From: an uncultured virus (IMG/VR IMGVR_UViG_3300046524_000574)
Taxonomy: Duplodnaviria > Heunggongvirae > Uroviricota > Caudoviricetes
DNA length: 20,000 nucleotides
Strand: one strand, 5' to 3'
IMG/VR virus record: IMGVR_UViG_3300046524_000574
This document shows positions 1 through 7,544 of the stretch, one piece after another (the first letter of the stretch is position 1; each line of letters begins with the position of its first letter). The notes beneath the pieces were generated by a model that saw nothing but the letters and a program-made list of their open reading frames with translations, did not search any database and was not told the DNA's origin. Made by a program: the position numbers and the translations under genes.

Positions 1-54
1 AGGGTTAATCTTTTGTGTTTGAATCGGAGGGTTCGTCCTTCCTGGAACGTGCGT

Positions 55-1551
55 ATGGGTTTGCAGGCTTGGTTCGAACGGCTTGTGCCCCGGAAAAGCG
101 GTACTGCTGTTGAGTCGTCCACATTCCCTGTCGAAGTATTCTGGCGGTCGGTATGCAGCCTCAAGCAGCCTGTGTTGCTTGTAACCGGTGCGAGCGTGCT
201 GAAGGTTCTGGCTGCAACTGAAGAGGCGCATGCGCTTCTTGGTTGCAGCAATGCGGCGGAAATCAGCAATCTGGTTCACAGCGGGCTTGACCCGCATACG
301 CTGTCGCGTATACAGATTGCTGTTGCGAACCCGGGCAACATCGTGAACGACCTGCCTATCCGTATGCAAACCTCGGATAACTACGTCACGGTCAATGTTT
401 CGGTATCGGCGCTGCCGGAGTATCCCGAGAAGAACGCCGCGCTGCTGTTTCTGAAGGACAGCAAGGACTCGCTGTATCCGGCCTGGTCGAGTCTTACTCG
501 CGACCTCTTGTCGGTTATGCCGCATCCGTGCTGGGTCGTCGATGCGGCGGGCAGCACTGTGTTTTCGAACGCGGCGTTTGGTGGCTCTCCGATGGATGTG
601 TTGCGCGCACGCACGTCTGCTAGCCAGAGTCGCGACCTGGCGGAGCTTGAGCAGCTGGGCGCGTTGCGGGCGGACTTGAAAGACCGTCCGGCGCAGGTGC
701 GCAATGGGGACTCGATTGCCTCGCACATTTACGACCTCGGGGTCGACGGTCGCTGGGATGTTTTGCACTTTCCGCTGACGAGCCGGGATGGCGAGGGGTT
801 TGTCGGCGTCATGGCGCTTTCACTTGAGCCGCGTGAAGGCATGCGCTACGTGATACAGAATGGGGCGCTCGGCAAGCAGGAGCTGCAACGCATGCTTGCG
901 GTGAAGGAAGCCGAACGCACGATGCTTGCACGCGAAATACACGACTCGCTGGGCCAGCAGTTTACGGTGCTCAAGCTTGCCATGCGCCGGCTGGACAAGC
1001 TGGTGCTGGGGTCGAACACCGCGTCCGCGGAAGCGGTCCAGCAGTTCCAGTCCGTGCGTGCGCTGGTCGACTCGCTCGCCAAGGCGGCGCGCCGTATCGC
1101 GTTCGAGATGCGTGAAGATAACGTGACGCTGCAGGGTCTCGCGCATTCCATCCACGAGCTGGTGTCGGACCTGCGCACCCGACTCGGGATTCAGATTCAG
1201 TTCGAGCTGGCGCCAGGCTTTGTGGAGCCGGAGCAGAAGTTGGCGCAGAACATGCACCGCAGCGTGCAGGAGCTGCTCAACAACGTGAGCAAACACGCCA
1301 AAGCGAGCCGTTGTCTCGTGCGAATGGGCCTCGACGAGAACACATACTGGCTCGAAGTGCAGGACAACGGGGTGGGCATGCCGTCCCACCTGAAAACGCG
1401 GTCGATGGGACTGCGCAGCATGAAAGAACGAGCGGACCTCTACGGCGGCAAGGTCATCTTCACGACCCGGCCTGACGTGGAGGGAACGCTGGCGCGTATG
1501 GAGCTGCCCGAGCGACGGATACCACCTGCGGGAGTACCAGCAGGGGAATAG
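55..1551 (+). CDS. Cytoplasmic sensor histidine kinase, HisKA_3 (NarX/UhpB/ComP type), with degenerate PAS-like N-terminal regions
   Basis: H-box ERTMLAREIHDSLGQ, N-box VQELLNNVSKHA, G1 EVQDNGVG, G2 MGLRSMKERA. PAS-like segment PHPCWVVDAAGSTVFSNAAF. No clear TM helix. Start uncertain (TTG13, GTG49 or ATG55). Confidence 0.92.
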   Translation: MGLQAWFERLVPRKSGTAVESSTFPVEVFWRSVCSLKQPVLLVTGASVLKVLAATEEAHALLGCSNAAEISNLVHSGLDPHTLSRIQIAVANPGNIVNDLPIRMQTSDNYVTVNVSVSALPEYPEKNAALLFLKDSKDSLYPAWSSLTRDLLSVMPHPCWVVDAAGSTVFSNAAFGGSPMDVLRARTSASQSRDLAELEQLGALRADLKDRPAQVRNGDSIASHIYDLGVDGRWDVLHFPLTSRDGEGFVGVMALSLEPREGMRYVIQNGALGKQELQRMLAVKEAERTMLAREIHDSLGQQFTVLKLAMRRLDKLVLGSNTASAEAVQQFQSVRALVDSLAKAARRIAFEMREDNVTLQGLAHSIHELVSDLRTRLGIQIQFELAPGFVEPEQKLAQNMHRSVQELLNNVSKHAKASRCLVRMGLDENTYWLEVQDNGVGMPSHLKTRSMGLRSMKERADLYGGKVIFTTRPDVEGTLARMELPERRIPPAGVPAGE

Positions 1552-1602
1552 TGGGTCATTCCGCGGTATTACAACAACATAAAATTGAACGAGGGGTTTA
1601 GG

Positions 1603-2241
1603 GTGAGTGTGCCAGAGGTTGTAGTTGTCGATGACCACAGCATGGTGCGCAAAGGCATCGCCATGCTTGTGCAGGAGCTCGGATGGTCGATTTGCTATGA
1701 AGCGTCCTCGCTTCAGCAGGCGCGCATGGCTGTCCGGACGACGGGTTGGACCATGATGGTGCTGGACCTGCAGTTGCCCGACGGGGACGGGCTCGAACTG
1801 ATTCAGGAGTTGCGCTCGGCTGGCTACAAGCAGCCGATTCTCGTGCACAGCCTGATGCCTGATTCCGCAGCGGCTGGCCGGGTGTTCAAGGTCGGCGGAA
1901 GCGGCTTCATCAACAAGACGTGCGACCCGTCGGAATTCCTTGTGGCTTGCCAGAAGGTGGCCAAAGGCGGCCGGTACGTGAGCCCGGAGTACGCGGAAGA
2001 ACTGGTCATGCAGGCGGGCGGCGTGCCGTCGACCAATCCGCATGAAAAGCTCTCGGAACGGGAGTACCAGGTGATGTGTCACCTGGCGGCGGGCAAGTCA
2101 CCCTCCGAAGTCGCGGCCGCGCTCAACGTTGAGGTGGGCACCATCTCGACCTTCCGCGCGCGCGTGCTGAAAAAACTCGGGCTGAAAACCAACGCGGACA
2201 TCATGCGTTACGCGCTGAGCCGCAAGCTGGTCACCATTTAA
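1603..2241 (+). CDS. NarL/UvrY(GacA)-family response regulator (REC + LuxR HTH)
   Basis: VVVDDH, phosphoacceptor VLDLQLP, GFINK; HTH LSEREYQVMCHLAAGKSPSEVA...TISTFRARVLKKL. GAGGGG RBS at 1591-1596 supports GTG1603. Confidence 0.93.
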   Translation: MSVPEVVVVDDHSMVRKGIAMLVQELGWSICYEASSLQQARMAVRTTGWTMMVLDLQLPDGDGLELIQELRSAGYKQPILVHSLMPDSAAAGRVFKVGGSGFINKTCDPSEFLVACQKVAKGGRYVSPEYAEELVMQAGGVPSTNPHEKLSEREYQVMCHLAAGKSPSEVAAALNVEVGTISTFRARVLKKLGLKTNADIMRYALSRKLVTI

Positions 2242-2254
2242 GCCGGCGACCGAG

Positions 2255-2278
2255 GAGGGAGCGTAGACCCTCTTTTTT
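2255..2278 (+). terminator. Intrinsic terminator after the response regulator
   Basis: GAGGG-N8-CCCTC followed by T6. Confidence 0.6.
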
Positions 2279-2355
2279 GACCACCTTGCTTCGACCGTGG
2301 AGCAAAAAAACGCGGTTTTTCCAAGCCTGCAGCCTTCAAGGCAGGGCGCCTCGCG

Positions 2356-2362
2356 CTATACC
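2356..2362 (+). promoter_or_regulatory. CTATAC(G/C) upstream motif
   Basis: GCTATACCAC, 28 nt before ATG2390. Confidence 0.65.
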
Positions 2363-2389
2363 ACAGCAGACCTCAAGGTATACCGCCAA

Positions 2390-4339
2390 ATGTCCGCCAC
2401 ATCCACAGCTTTCCTTCGCAAGACCGTCCTCGCTGCTGCCCTGGCTGCCAGCATGTCCGCGTTCGCGTCCAACTATTACGTCGTCGTGCCGGTCCCCGCG
2501 CGCACTGACACGGGCGCCGCCAACATCTCCGTATCCCTGAACGCCTACACACCGCCCGCGGGTTTTGTAGGTGACGCCTACCCGGGTTTCGACTTCAACC
2601 AGGCGCTGCAAGTCACCGGCGACCAGAATTTCAATCCATCGAACGTGCGCTGGCAGGTCTCCGCCGGCGCGCTGCCTGCGGGGCTCACGCTGAACCCGAC
2701 CGGCAAACTCACCGGGACACCAACCGCAGCCGGTACATCAAGCTTCGTGGTCACGGCGGTATCCCGCACAAAATCGGGCACGAACACTTTTCAGGTCAGC
2801 GTGACGAACCTGCAGGTGAGTCTCGGCAGTGCGGCATTGCCGAATGCGACCCAGGGCGCAACGTACAGCTACGACATGAAGACGCGCCTGTCGGTGACCG
2901 GGGACTCGAGCTACTCGGGCGCAGGAGTCAGCTGGAGCATCGCGAGCGGCAACCCTCCCGCGGGCCTGAGCCTGGGCGCGGATGGTGTCATCACAGGTGT
3001 GGCCACCGCAGAAGGCACGTACCCGTTCACGGTGAGGGCCGCATATCGGACGAAGTCCGGCACCCAGGGCTATCAAGTTGTCGTCGGCGCCATCACGGTC
3101 GGCCTGCAATCGGCTACCTTGCCTGATGCGAAGCAGGGCACAGCTTACAGCTATGACCTCAAGACGCTGCTCACGGTCAGTGGCGACGCAGCCTACTCGA
3201 GCTCGGGCGTGAGCTGGAGCGTCACGAGTGGTGCGCTGCCCGCCGGCCTCAGCATCGGAGCCGATGGCGTCATCACGGGAAGTGCTACGGCCGAAGGTAC
3301 TTTTCCGTTCACGGTGAAGGCCGCGTACAAGACGAAATCGGGCACGCAGGGCTATCAGGTCGTGGTGGGCGCCATCACGGTCGCATTGGCCGCGGCCACG
3401 CCGCCGGGCGGCATCGTGGGCCTGGCCTATAACAATGGTTCGGGTTTCGACCTGAAGCCGTCGGTCAACGTGAACGGCGACGGTGCTTATGCCGGCACCG
3501 GCGCCGGCGTCACATGGTCGGTGACCGGAGGCGCGTTGCCCGCGGGCATGAGCCTCTCGACTGCCGGCGTCATTGGCGGCACGCCGACGACAACCGCGGT
3601 ATCGTCGACTGTCCAGGTGCAGGCCTCGTACAAGGGCAAGACTGCTACCCAGTCGTACTCGCTGCCCATCACTGGGTCCATCAAGCAGTTCAGCGGATAC
3701 CGCGCGTACGCGGACGGTACCTATGCGTCGACTTGCAATGCATATCGCAATCCGAGCGCGCCGCACTACTACCAGGGTGCCACGGGCGACGGCATTTATC
3801 GCATCACGCCGGGCGGTACGCCGTACGACGTGTACTGCGACATGACAACAAACGGCGGTGGCTACACCGTCATCGAAGCGCTGCACGACACCCGGTATTA
3901 CGCGGGCGCCAGCTTCAACGAAGCTCCCGCCGGCTCGCCGCCAGTTCCGGGTGAAGCGAACGGGTCGTACCTGACATCGTCGGTTGCAATTGCCCTGGCG
4001 AATCTGTCGTCGGAAGTGCGTATCTCCGAATACGGCACAAGTAACGCCGCCTGGACGACGAGCGCAACGATGCTGAACAACCTGCGCCAGGGGCTGCTCG
4101 CGAATTACAACACGCAAACGACTTACGACCCGACGTCACTGTGGTCGGTGAGCTCGGCGGGTCTCACGCAGTTCAATACTGCCCAGAGCATTGCCGGCAT
4201 GGGAGCCGACAACTACCCAACGATTTTCTGGTCGGGCGGCAACAGCAGCGGGCTGCATGTAACCGGCGGCGGTGGCGTCGCTAACGCATCGTGGCACTTC
4301 AACATCCAGAACGGTCCGATGGTCGTCAGCTACCGCTGA
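2390..4339 (+). CDS. Secreted putative-Ig (He_PIG-like) repeat protein with C-terminal fibrinogen-like (YCDxxxxGGGW-type) domain; probable adhesin
   Basis: Sec signal (RKTVLAAALAASMSAFA). Four ~94-aa units with W..G.LPAGL.L...G...G motif. Tip TCNAYR...GDGIYRI...VYCDMTTNGGGYT. ATG2390 chosen by comparison with the paralog at 11637. Confidence 0.85.
   Translation: MSATSTAFLRKTVLAAALAASMSAFASNYYVVVPVPARTDTGAANISVSLNAYTPPAGFVGDAYPGFDFNQALQVTGDQNFNPSNVRWQVSAGALPAGLTLNPTGKLTGTPTAAGTSSFVVTAVSRTKSGTNTFQVSVTNLQVSLGSAALPNATQGATYSYDMKTRLSVTGDSSYSGAGVSWSIASGNPPAGLSLGADGVITGVATAEGTYPFTVRAAYRTKSGTQGYQVVVGAITVGLQSATLPDAKQGTAYSYDLKTLLTVSGDAAYSSSGVSWSVTSGALPAGLSIGADGVITGSATAEGTFPFTVKAAYKTKSGTQGYQVVVGAITVALAAATPPGGIVGLAYNNGSGFDLKPSVNVNGDGAYAGTGAGVTWSVTGGALPAGMSLSTAGVIGGTPTTTAVSSTVQVQASYKGKTATQSYSLPITGSIKQFSGYRAYADGTYASTCNAYRNPSAPHYYQGATGDGIYRITPGGTPYDVYCDMTTNGGGYTVIEALHDTRYYAGASFNEAPAGSPPVPGEANGSYLTSSVAIALANLSSEVRISEYGTSNAAWTTSATMLNNLRQGLLANYNTQTTYDPTSLWSVSSAGLTQFNTAQSIAGMGADNYPTIFWSGGNSSGLHVTGGGGVANASWHFNIQNGPMVVSYR
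2810..3373 (+). repeat. Tandem 282-bp (94-aa) Ig-unit duplication
   Basis: Units 2 and 3 share TKSGTQGYQVVVGAITV and GADGVITG.ATAEGT.PFTV.AAY. Matching DNA at 3061 and 3343 (offset 282). Confidence 0.85.
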
Positions 4340-4358
4340 GCGGTACCGGGGCAAACAG

Positions 4359-4386
4359 AAAAACGCCGCGAGAGTCTCGCGGCGTT
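4359..4386. terminator. Hairpin terminator between convergent genes
   Basis: Perfect inverted repeat AACGCCGCGAGA-G-TCTCGCGGCGTT with an A-run on the left. Confidence 0.75.
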
Positions 4387-4389
4387 GAG

Positions 4390-4902
4390 TTAGTCAATCT
4401 GCCCAGCCTCTTTCAACCTTTCCGGGCGCAAAACCTTCCACAGTCGACGTAGGGCTAGCCCATCCGGGCAGTTTTTGCGAAGGTCGCAAATCCCGGAAAG
4501 GACGAACAAGGCTCCGAAAATCGACGCCGTATAAACGTGGCTATGCTGGACCAGCAGAAAAAACAACGGTCCCGCACATACGACCGACAATGGGCCAGCA
4601 AGGTACGTCACCAGCACCTGCCACGTGTCCGGAAAATTCCCTTCATCCACGAAAGTCGTGTGGCCCGAGGTAGGCAGCCAGCCCACGGTGATGGAATAGC
4701 CGAGCACAACTACCTTAAATATCGGCCTGGTTCCAATCCGGATTCCCGTTGACGGAACGCCAAGTAGCGCTCCAGCAACAGCATGGCCGCCTTCATGAAT
4801 GACGAGCATCATGTGCGAAAACAAGAAGTACACGCCAATCGTGAAGGGGTACTGCTTGACCGAATCTTCGATAGCCCACAAGAAAAACTGAAACGAAACC
4901 AT
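4390..4902 (-). CDS. Site-2 protease / M50-family membrane metallopeptidase
   Basis: IHEGGHA zinc motif in a hydrophobic segment, YLAGP, NCPDG (NPDG-like) third ligand, several TM stretches. Confidence 0.8.
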   Translation of the reverse strand: MVSFQFFLWAIEDSVKQYPFTIGVYFLFSHMMLVIHEGGHAVAGALLGVPSTGIRIGTRPIFKVVVLGYSITVGWLPTSGHTTFVDEGNFPDTWQVLVTYLAGPLSVVCAGPLFFLLVQHSHVYTASIFGALFVLSGICDLRKNCPDGLALRRLWKVLRPERLKEAGQID

Positions 4903-4980
4903 TTACGTACCTCAGCAATTGTCCTACCCAGTATAAGGGTCAAGGCGCGTGAAAGCCTTACGCAGCGAGACGGTAGCAAT

Positions 4981-5006
4981 AAAAAAGCGCCCCGAAGAAG
5001 GGCGCT
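4981..5006 (-). terminator. Intrinsic terminator of the 5029-5418 gene
   Basis: AGCGCCC-N7-GGGCGCT, with A6 on + (U-tract on -). Confidence 0.7.
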
Positions 5007-5028
5007 GAGTGAAGAGTTGGTCGACGAG

Positions 5029-5418
5029 TTACTGGTGGGCGCCTACGATGAAAATGCCCAGTTCGTTGGCCGTTTCTTTTGCCTCGGACTTGCGCATGTC
5101 CCACGGCTGGACCAGGTCGGAACCCGCTTCAGTCACGATGCGCCAGGCAGTCACGAACCAGCCACGCTTCGTGTTAAAGCGTTCCATGCGGTCACGCTTG
5201 AAGTAGCCGACCTTTTTGAAGCCGTCTTCACGCGGGCGGAATGTGTCCAACAGTTCCGCGCCGCCATTGTTGCGCAACTGCTGCAACAGGCACTGGTCGG
5301 AGGCGCTCGTGGTCACGGGATAAATACCGCACATCCAGCTCGAAAAGAGCCTGTCTTTCCAGCCACGTTTGTGTTCGAGAGCGAAACGGTTCAGGGCGTT
5401 AATTTGGTCGATGTTCAT
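5029..5418 (-). CDS. Hypothetical protein (129 aa)
   Basis: GAGGA RBS, own upstream motif and terminator. Confidence 0.75.
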   Translation of the reverse strand: MNIDQINALNRFALEHKRGWKDRLFSSWMCGIYPVTTSASDQCLLQQLRNNGGAELLDTFRPREDGFKKVGYFKRDRMERFNTKRGWFVTAWRIVTEAGSDLVQPWDMRKSEAKETANELGIFIVGAHQ

Positions 5419-5454
5419 GAGATTCCTCGCAAAATAGTAGTTGGCCTGCAGTCC

Positions 5455-5461
5455 CGTATAG
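5455..5461 (-). promoter_or_regulatory. CTATAC(G/C) upstream motif
   Basis: CCTATACG on -, 37 nt before ATG5418. Confidence 0.65.
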
Positions 5462-5479
5462 GCCGCGGCCGCCTGAATG

Positions 5480-5504
5480 AAAAAACCCGGGCAGGTGCCC
5501 GGGT
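5480..5504 (-). terminator. Intrinsic terminator of the 5526-6320 gene
   Basis: ACCCGGGCA-GG-TGCCCGGGT preceded by an A-run on +. Confidence 0.75.
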
Positions 5505-5525
5505 GCGAGGAGTTGCTGAGTCGAA

Positions 5526-6320
5526 TTACTTTGCCGGCTTCGGTGGCTTTTGCGGCAACAATGCGATTTCCGACATCTGGTAGATGAAGACTTCGACACT
5601 GCGCAACTTGAAACCGCCCGTTGAGCGACCGTGGTGGTTCTCGAACGAGGTGACCTTTGCCGACGGCAGCCGTTGGGCAAAGAGCTTCATGAGTGCGTCG
5701 CGGCTTGCGTCGCAGTCACGAATTTCCCAGTCACGGTCTTCCTCTTCGACCACAAAGCCTCGCTCCTGAAGACTCGCCAGCCACAGTGCCTTGCGCTCCT
5801 TATCCGACACGGGGGTATCCGACTGGAAGCTGAAATCGCCGAACAGCGAGCAGCTGAACTTCACCTTGCAGCCGTACTTGCCGAACGATAGGTCGTTGAT
5901 GTGACCGAAACCTTCAAGGTCCCACCAGCTGTTGAGCTGCTCATCGAGCTTCTGCAGGCAGGCTTTCGTCACGTCCGGGCCTTGCGCGGCACCAAGCTGG
6001 GATTCCAGCTCGCGTACGCGCATGTTCGCAGCACGGATACGCGCGAAACGTTGTTCTAGCTCCGCAGCCGAATCGGTCTCGATGGCCAACAGCTTACCCA
6101 GGTCGGCCATGCGGTGTTCGGCGAGCGACAGGCAATTGGTCGCAAGTCCACGCGGCAGGCCATCCTTGAACACGCTGCTGTCGGGCCCTTTGAGAGCGCT
6201 CGCCATAGTGCCCATCGCCTGCTGCAGCTCCAGGATTTGTCGCAACGCGACGGCCCGCTGGTCGGCGGTTACTGCAATGATGCTGTGGTCTTCGGGGGGA
6301 ATGCTGATTTCGAACGTCAT
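5526..6320 (-). CDS. Hypothetical protein with coiled-coil N-half (264 aa)
   Basis: AAAGGAA RBS before ATG6320 (MTFEISIPP); heptad-like segments. Confidence 0.8.
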   Translation of the reverse strand: MTFEISIPPEDHSIIAVTADQRAVALRQILELQQAMGTMASALKGPDSSVFKDGLPRGLATNCLSLAEHRMADLGKLLAIETDSAAELEQRFARIRAANMRVRELESQLGAAQGPDVTKACLQKLDEQLNSWWDLEGFGHINDLSFGKYGCKVKFSCSLFGDFSFQSDTPVSDKERKALWLASLQERGFVVEEEDRDWEIRDCDASRDALMKLFAQRLPSAKVTSFENHHGRSTGGFKLRSVEVFIYQMSEIALLPQKPPKPAK

Positions 6321-6353
6321 GATGTTCCTTTCATAAGTGAGTTGGCCTGACTC

Positions 6354-6360
6354 CGTATAG
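6354..6360 (-). promoter_or_regulatory. CTATAC(G/C) motif in the loop of a 10-bp inverted repeat
   Basis: GCTATACG on -, 34 nt before ATG6320; flanked by GTGAGTTGGC (6337-6346) and GCCAACTCAC (6364-6373). Confidence 0.65.
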
Positions 6361-6393
6361 CCCGCCAACTCACGGCGGCAATATCTTATTAAA

Positions 6394-6402
6394 TGGTATA
6401 CT
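6394..6402 (+). promoter_or_regulatory. Extended -10 promoter (TGnTATACT)
   Basis: TGGTATACT in an AT-rich spacer before GGAG RBS and GTG6434. Confidence 0.55.
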
Positions 6403-6433
6403 AAATCAGTTATCTATTCTGGAGTTATCGCAC

Positions 6434-7057
6434 GTGAGCACTGAATCAAACGAGTCCCCATCGTGGGGTTCGCGGCTATTGGGCACCGCAAAGACGGCGC
6501 TGACTTCGATATTCCCTGCGCTTGGTGCCGTTGACGCAGCCAGGGAATTCATCTCGGACGCTGTGGCACAGAAAATCCGTGACGAAGCCTGCGTCAAGGC
6601 TCAGGCGCTGATTGCGCAGGCGCACCGGAAGGTCATCTTCTCCATCGTCTGGCAGAACGGACTGCTCATGCTCTCGATGGTGCCGGTCTACTTCCTGCGC
6701 GCGCAATGGCCGTTCTATGTGGCGTACGCGTGCGTGTTCGGCTACTCCGCGTGGTCGGCATACGAGTATCGCGGCATCATCTGGCGCCTGTGCAAGACAC
6801 GCAGCGTGACTCAGACTCTCGCGCTCGAGGTTCGGGGAGCTATCGAGACCGAGCTGACGTCGCGTCAGTTCTACGAGCGTAAGGCCGTCGAATGGCTGGG
6901 CCCCGACATGAAGCGCCTGGCGGACGACGTCGCGCGTAAGCTCAAGCCCGACGTGCTGATGGCGGGCTTCAACATGGGCTTCACGCTTTTGACGGCTTTC
7001 CTGGCCTTCCGGGTGTTCGTGATTCCGCTGCTCGAGCATCGCGCACTTATGCATTGA
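6434..7057 (+). CDS. Hypothetical membrane protein (207 aa, ~3 TM)
   Basis: GGAG RBS; hydrophobic segments IVWQNGLLMLSMVPVYF, FYVAYACVFGYSAW, FTLLTAFLAFRVFVIP. Confidence 0.8.
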   Translation: MSTESNESPSWGSRLLGTAKTALTSIFPALGAVDAAREFISDAVAQKIRDEACVKAQALIAQAHRKVIFSIVWQNGLLMLSMVPVYFLRAQWPFYVAYACVFGYSAWSAYEYRGIIWRLCKTRSVTQTLALEVRGAIETELTSRQFYERKAVEWLGPDMKRLADDVARKLKPDVLMAGFNMGFTLLTAFLAFRVFVIPLLEHRALMH

Positions 7058-7091
7058 CCGGCGGTCCGCGTCCGGCCGTACCCGCGCGATA

Positions 7092-7120
7092 TGGACAAAA
7101 TAGCATTAAAACGCTATAGT
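7092..7120 (+). promoter_or_regulatory. Sigma70-type promoter of the ruvB operon
   Basis: TGGACA-17 nt-TATAGT. Confidence 0.65.
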
Positions 7121-7157
7121 ATTATTTCCTGCAACCAATCAGTAAAAAGCAAACAGT

Positions 7158-7544
7158 ATGAACACTGCAAGTGCACAAGGTCTCGTTTCGTTCGCCTTCG
7201 ACAAGGTCGTGGCCAGTCTGACCGCTGACGAGGTTCGCTGCGCGTTGTCCGCTGCAATGGGCGAGGGCGTGGCGCTGGTCCATGTCGCGTACCCGAGCGT
7301 GGACAGCCGCAACCACAAGAGCCTCGAATCGCTCGTGTCGCAGCTCTCCGGCCACGGTTTTACCGAAACGGCTGCGCTGGTCCACGAAGAAGTCCCATAT
7401 CTCGCATTCAAAGACCTGAGGGAAGCCTTGCACGTGTACCAGGAAATCCAGAAAGACTCGATGGCCATTTCTGCATCGCTGTACTACGGCGGCGTGAATG
7501 GACTGCGCGCCGAAGCTGCCATTCTGCAGGCTACCGGCCAATGA
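7158..7544 (+). CDS. Hypothetical protein translationally coupled to ruvB
   Basis: 128-aa ORF; ATGA overlap with ruvB at 7541-7544. Confidence 0.75.
   Translation: MNTASAQGLVSFAFDKVVASLTADEVRCALSAAMGEGVALVHVAYPSVDSRNHKSLESLVSQLSGHGFTETAALVHEEVPYLAFKDLREALHVYQEIQKDSMAISASLYYGGVNGLRAEAAILQATGQ

Noticed and set aside
2297..2389. Extended N-termini in the ORF track (2297, 6368, 10123, 10942, 11017, 11571, 14257, 14851, 18473)
   Set aside because: They run through promoter motifs, terminators or neighbouring genes. Downstream starts have an RBS and/or give proper signal peptides.
7140..7156. Possible LexA box before the ruvB operon
   Set aside because: CAGT-N9-ACAG does not match CTGT-N8-ACAG.
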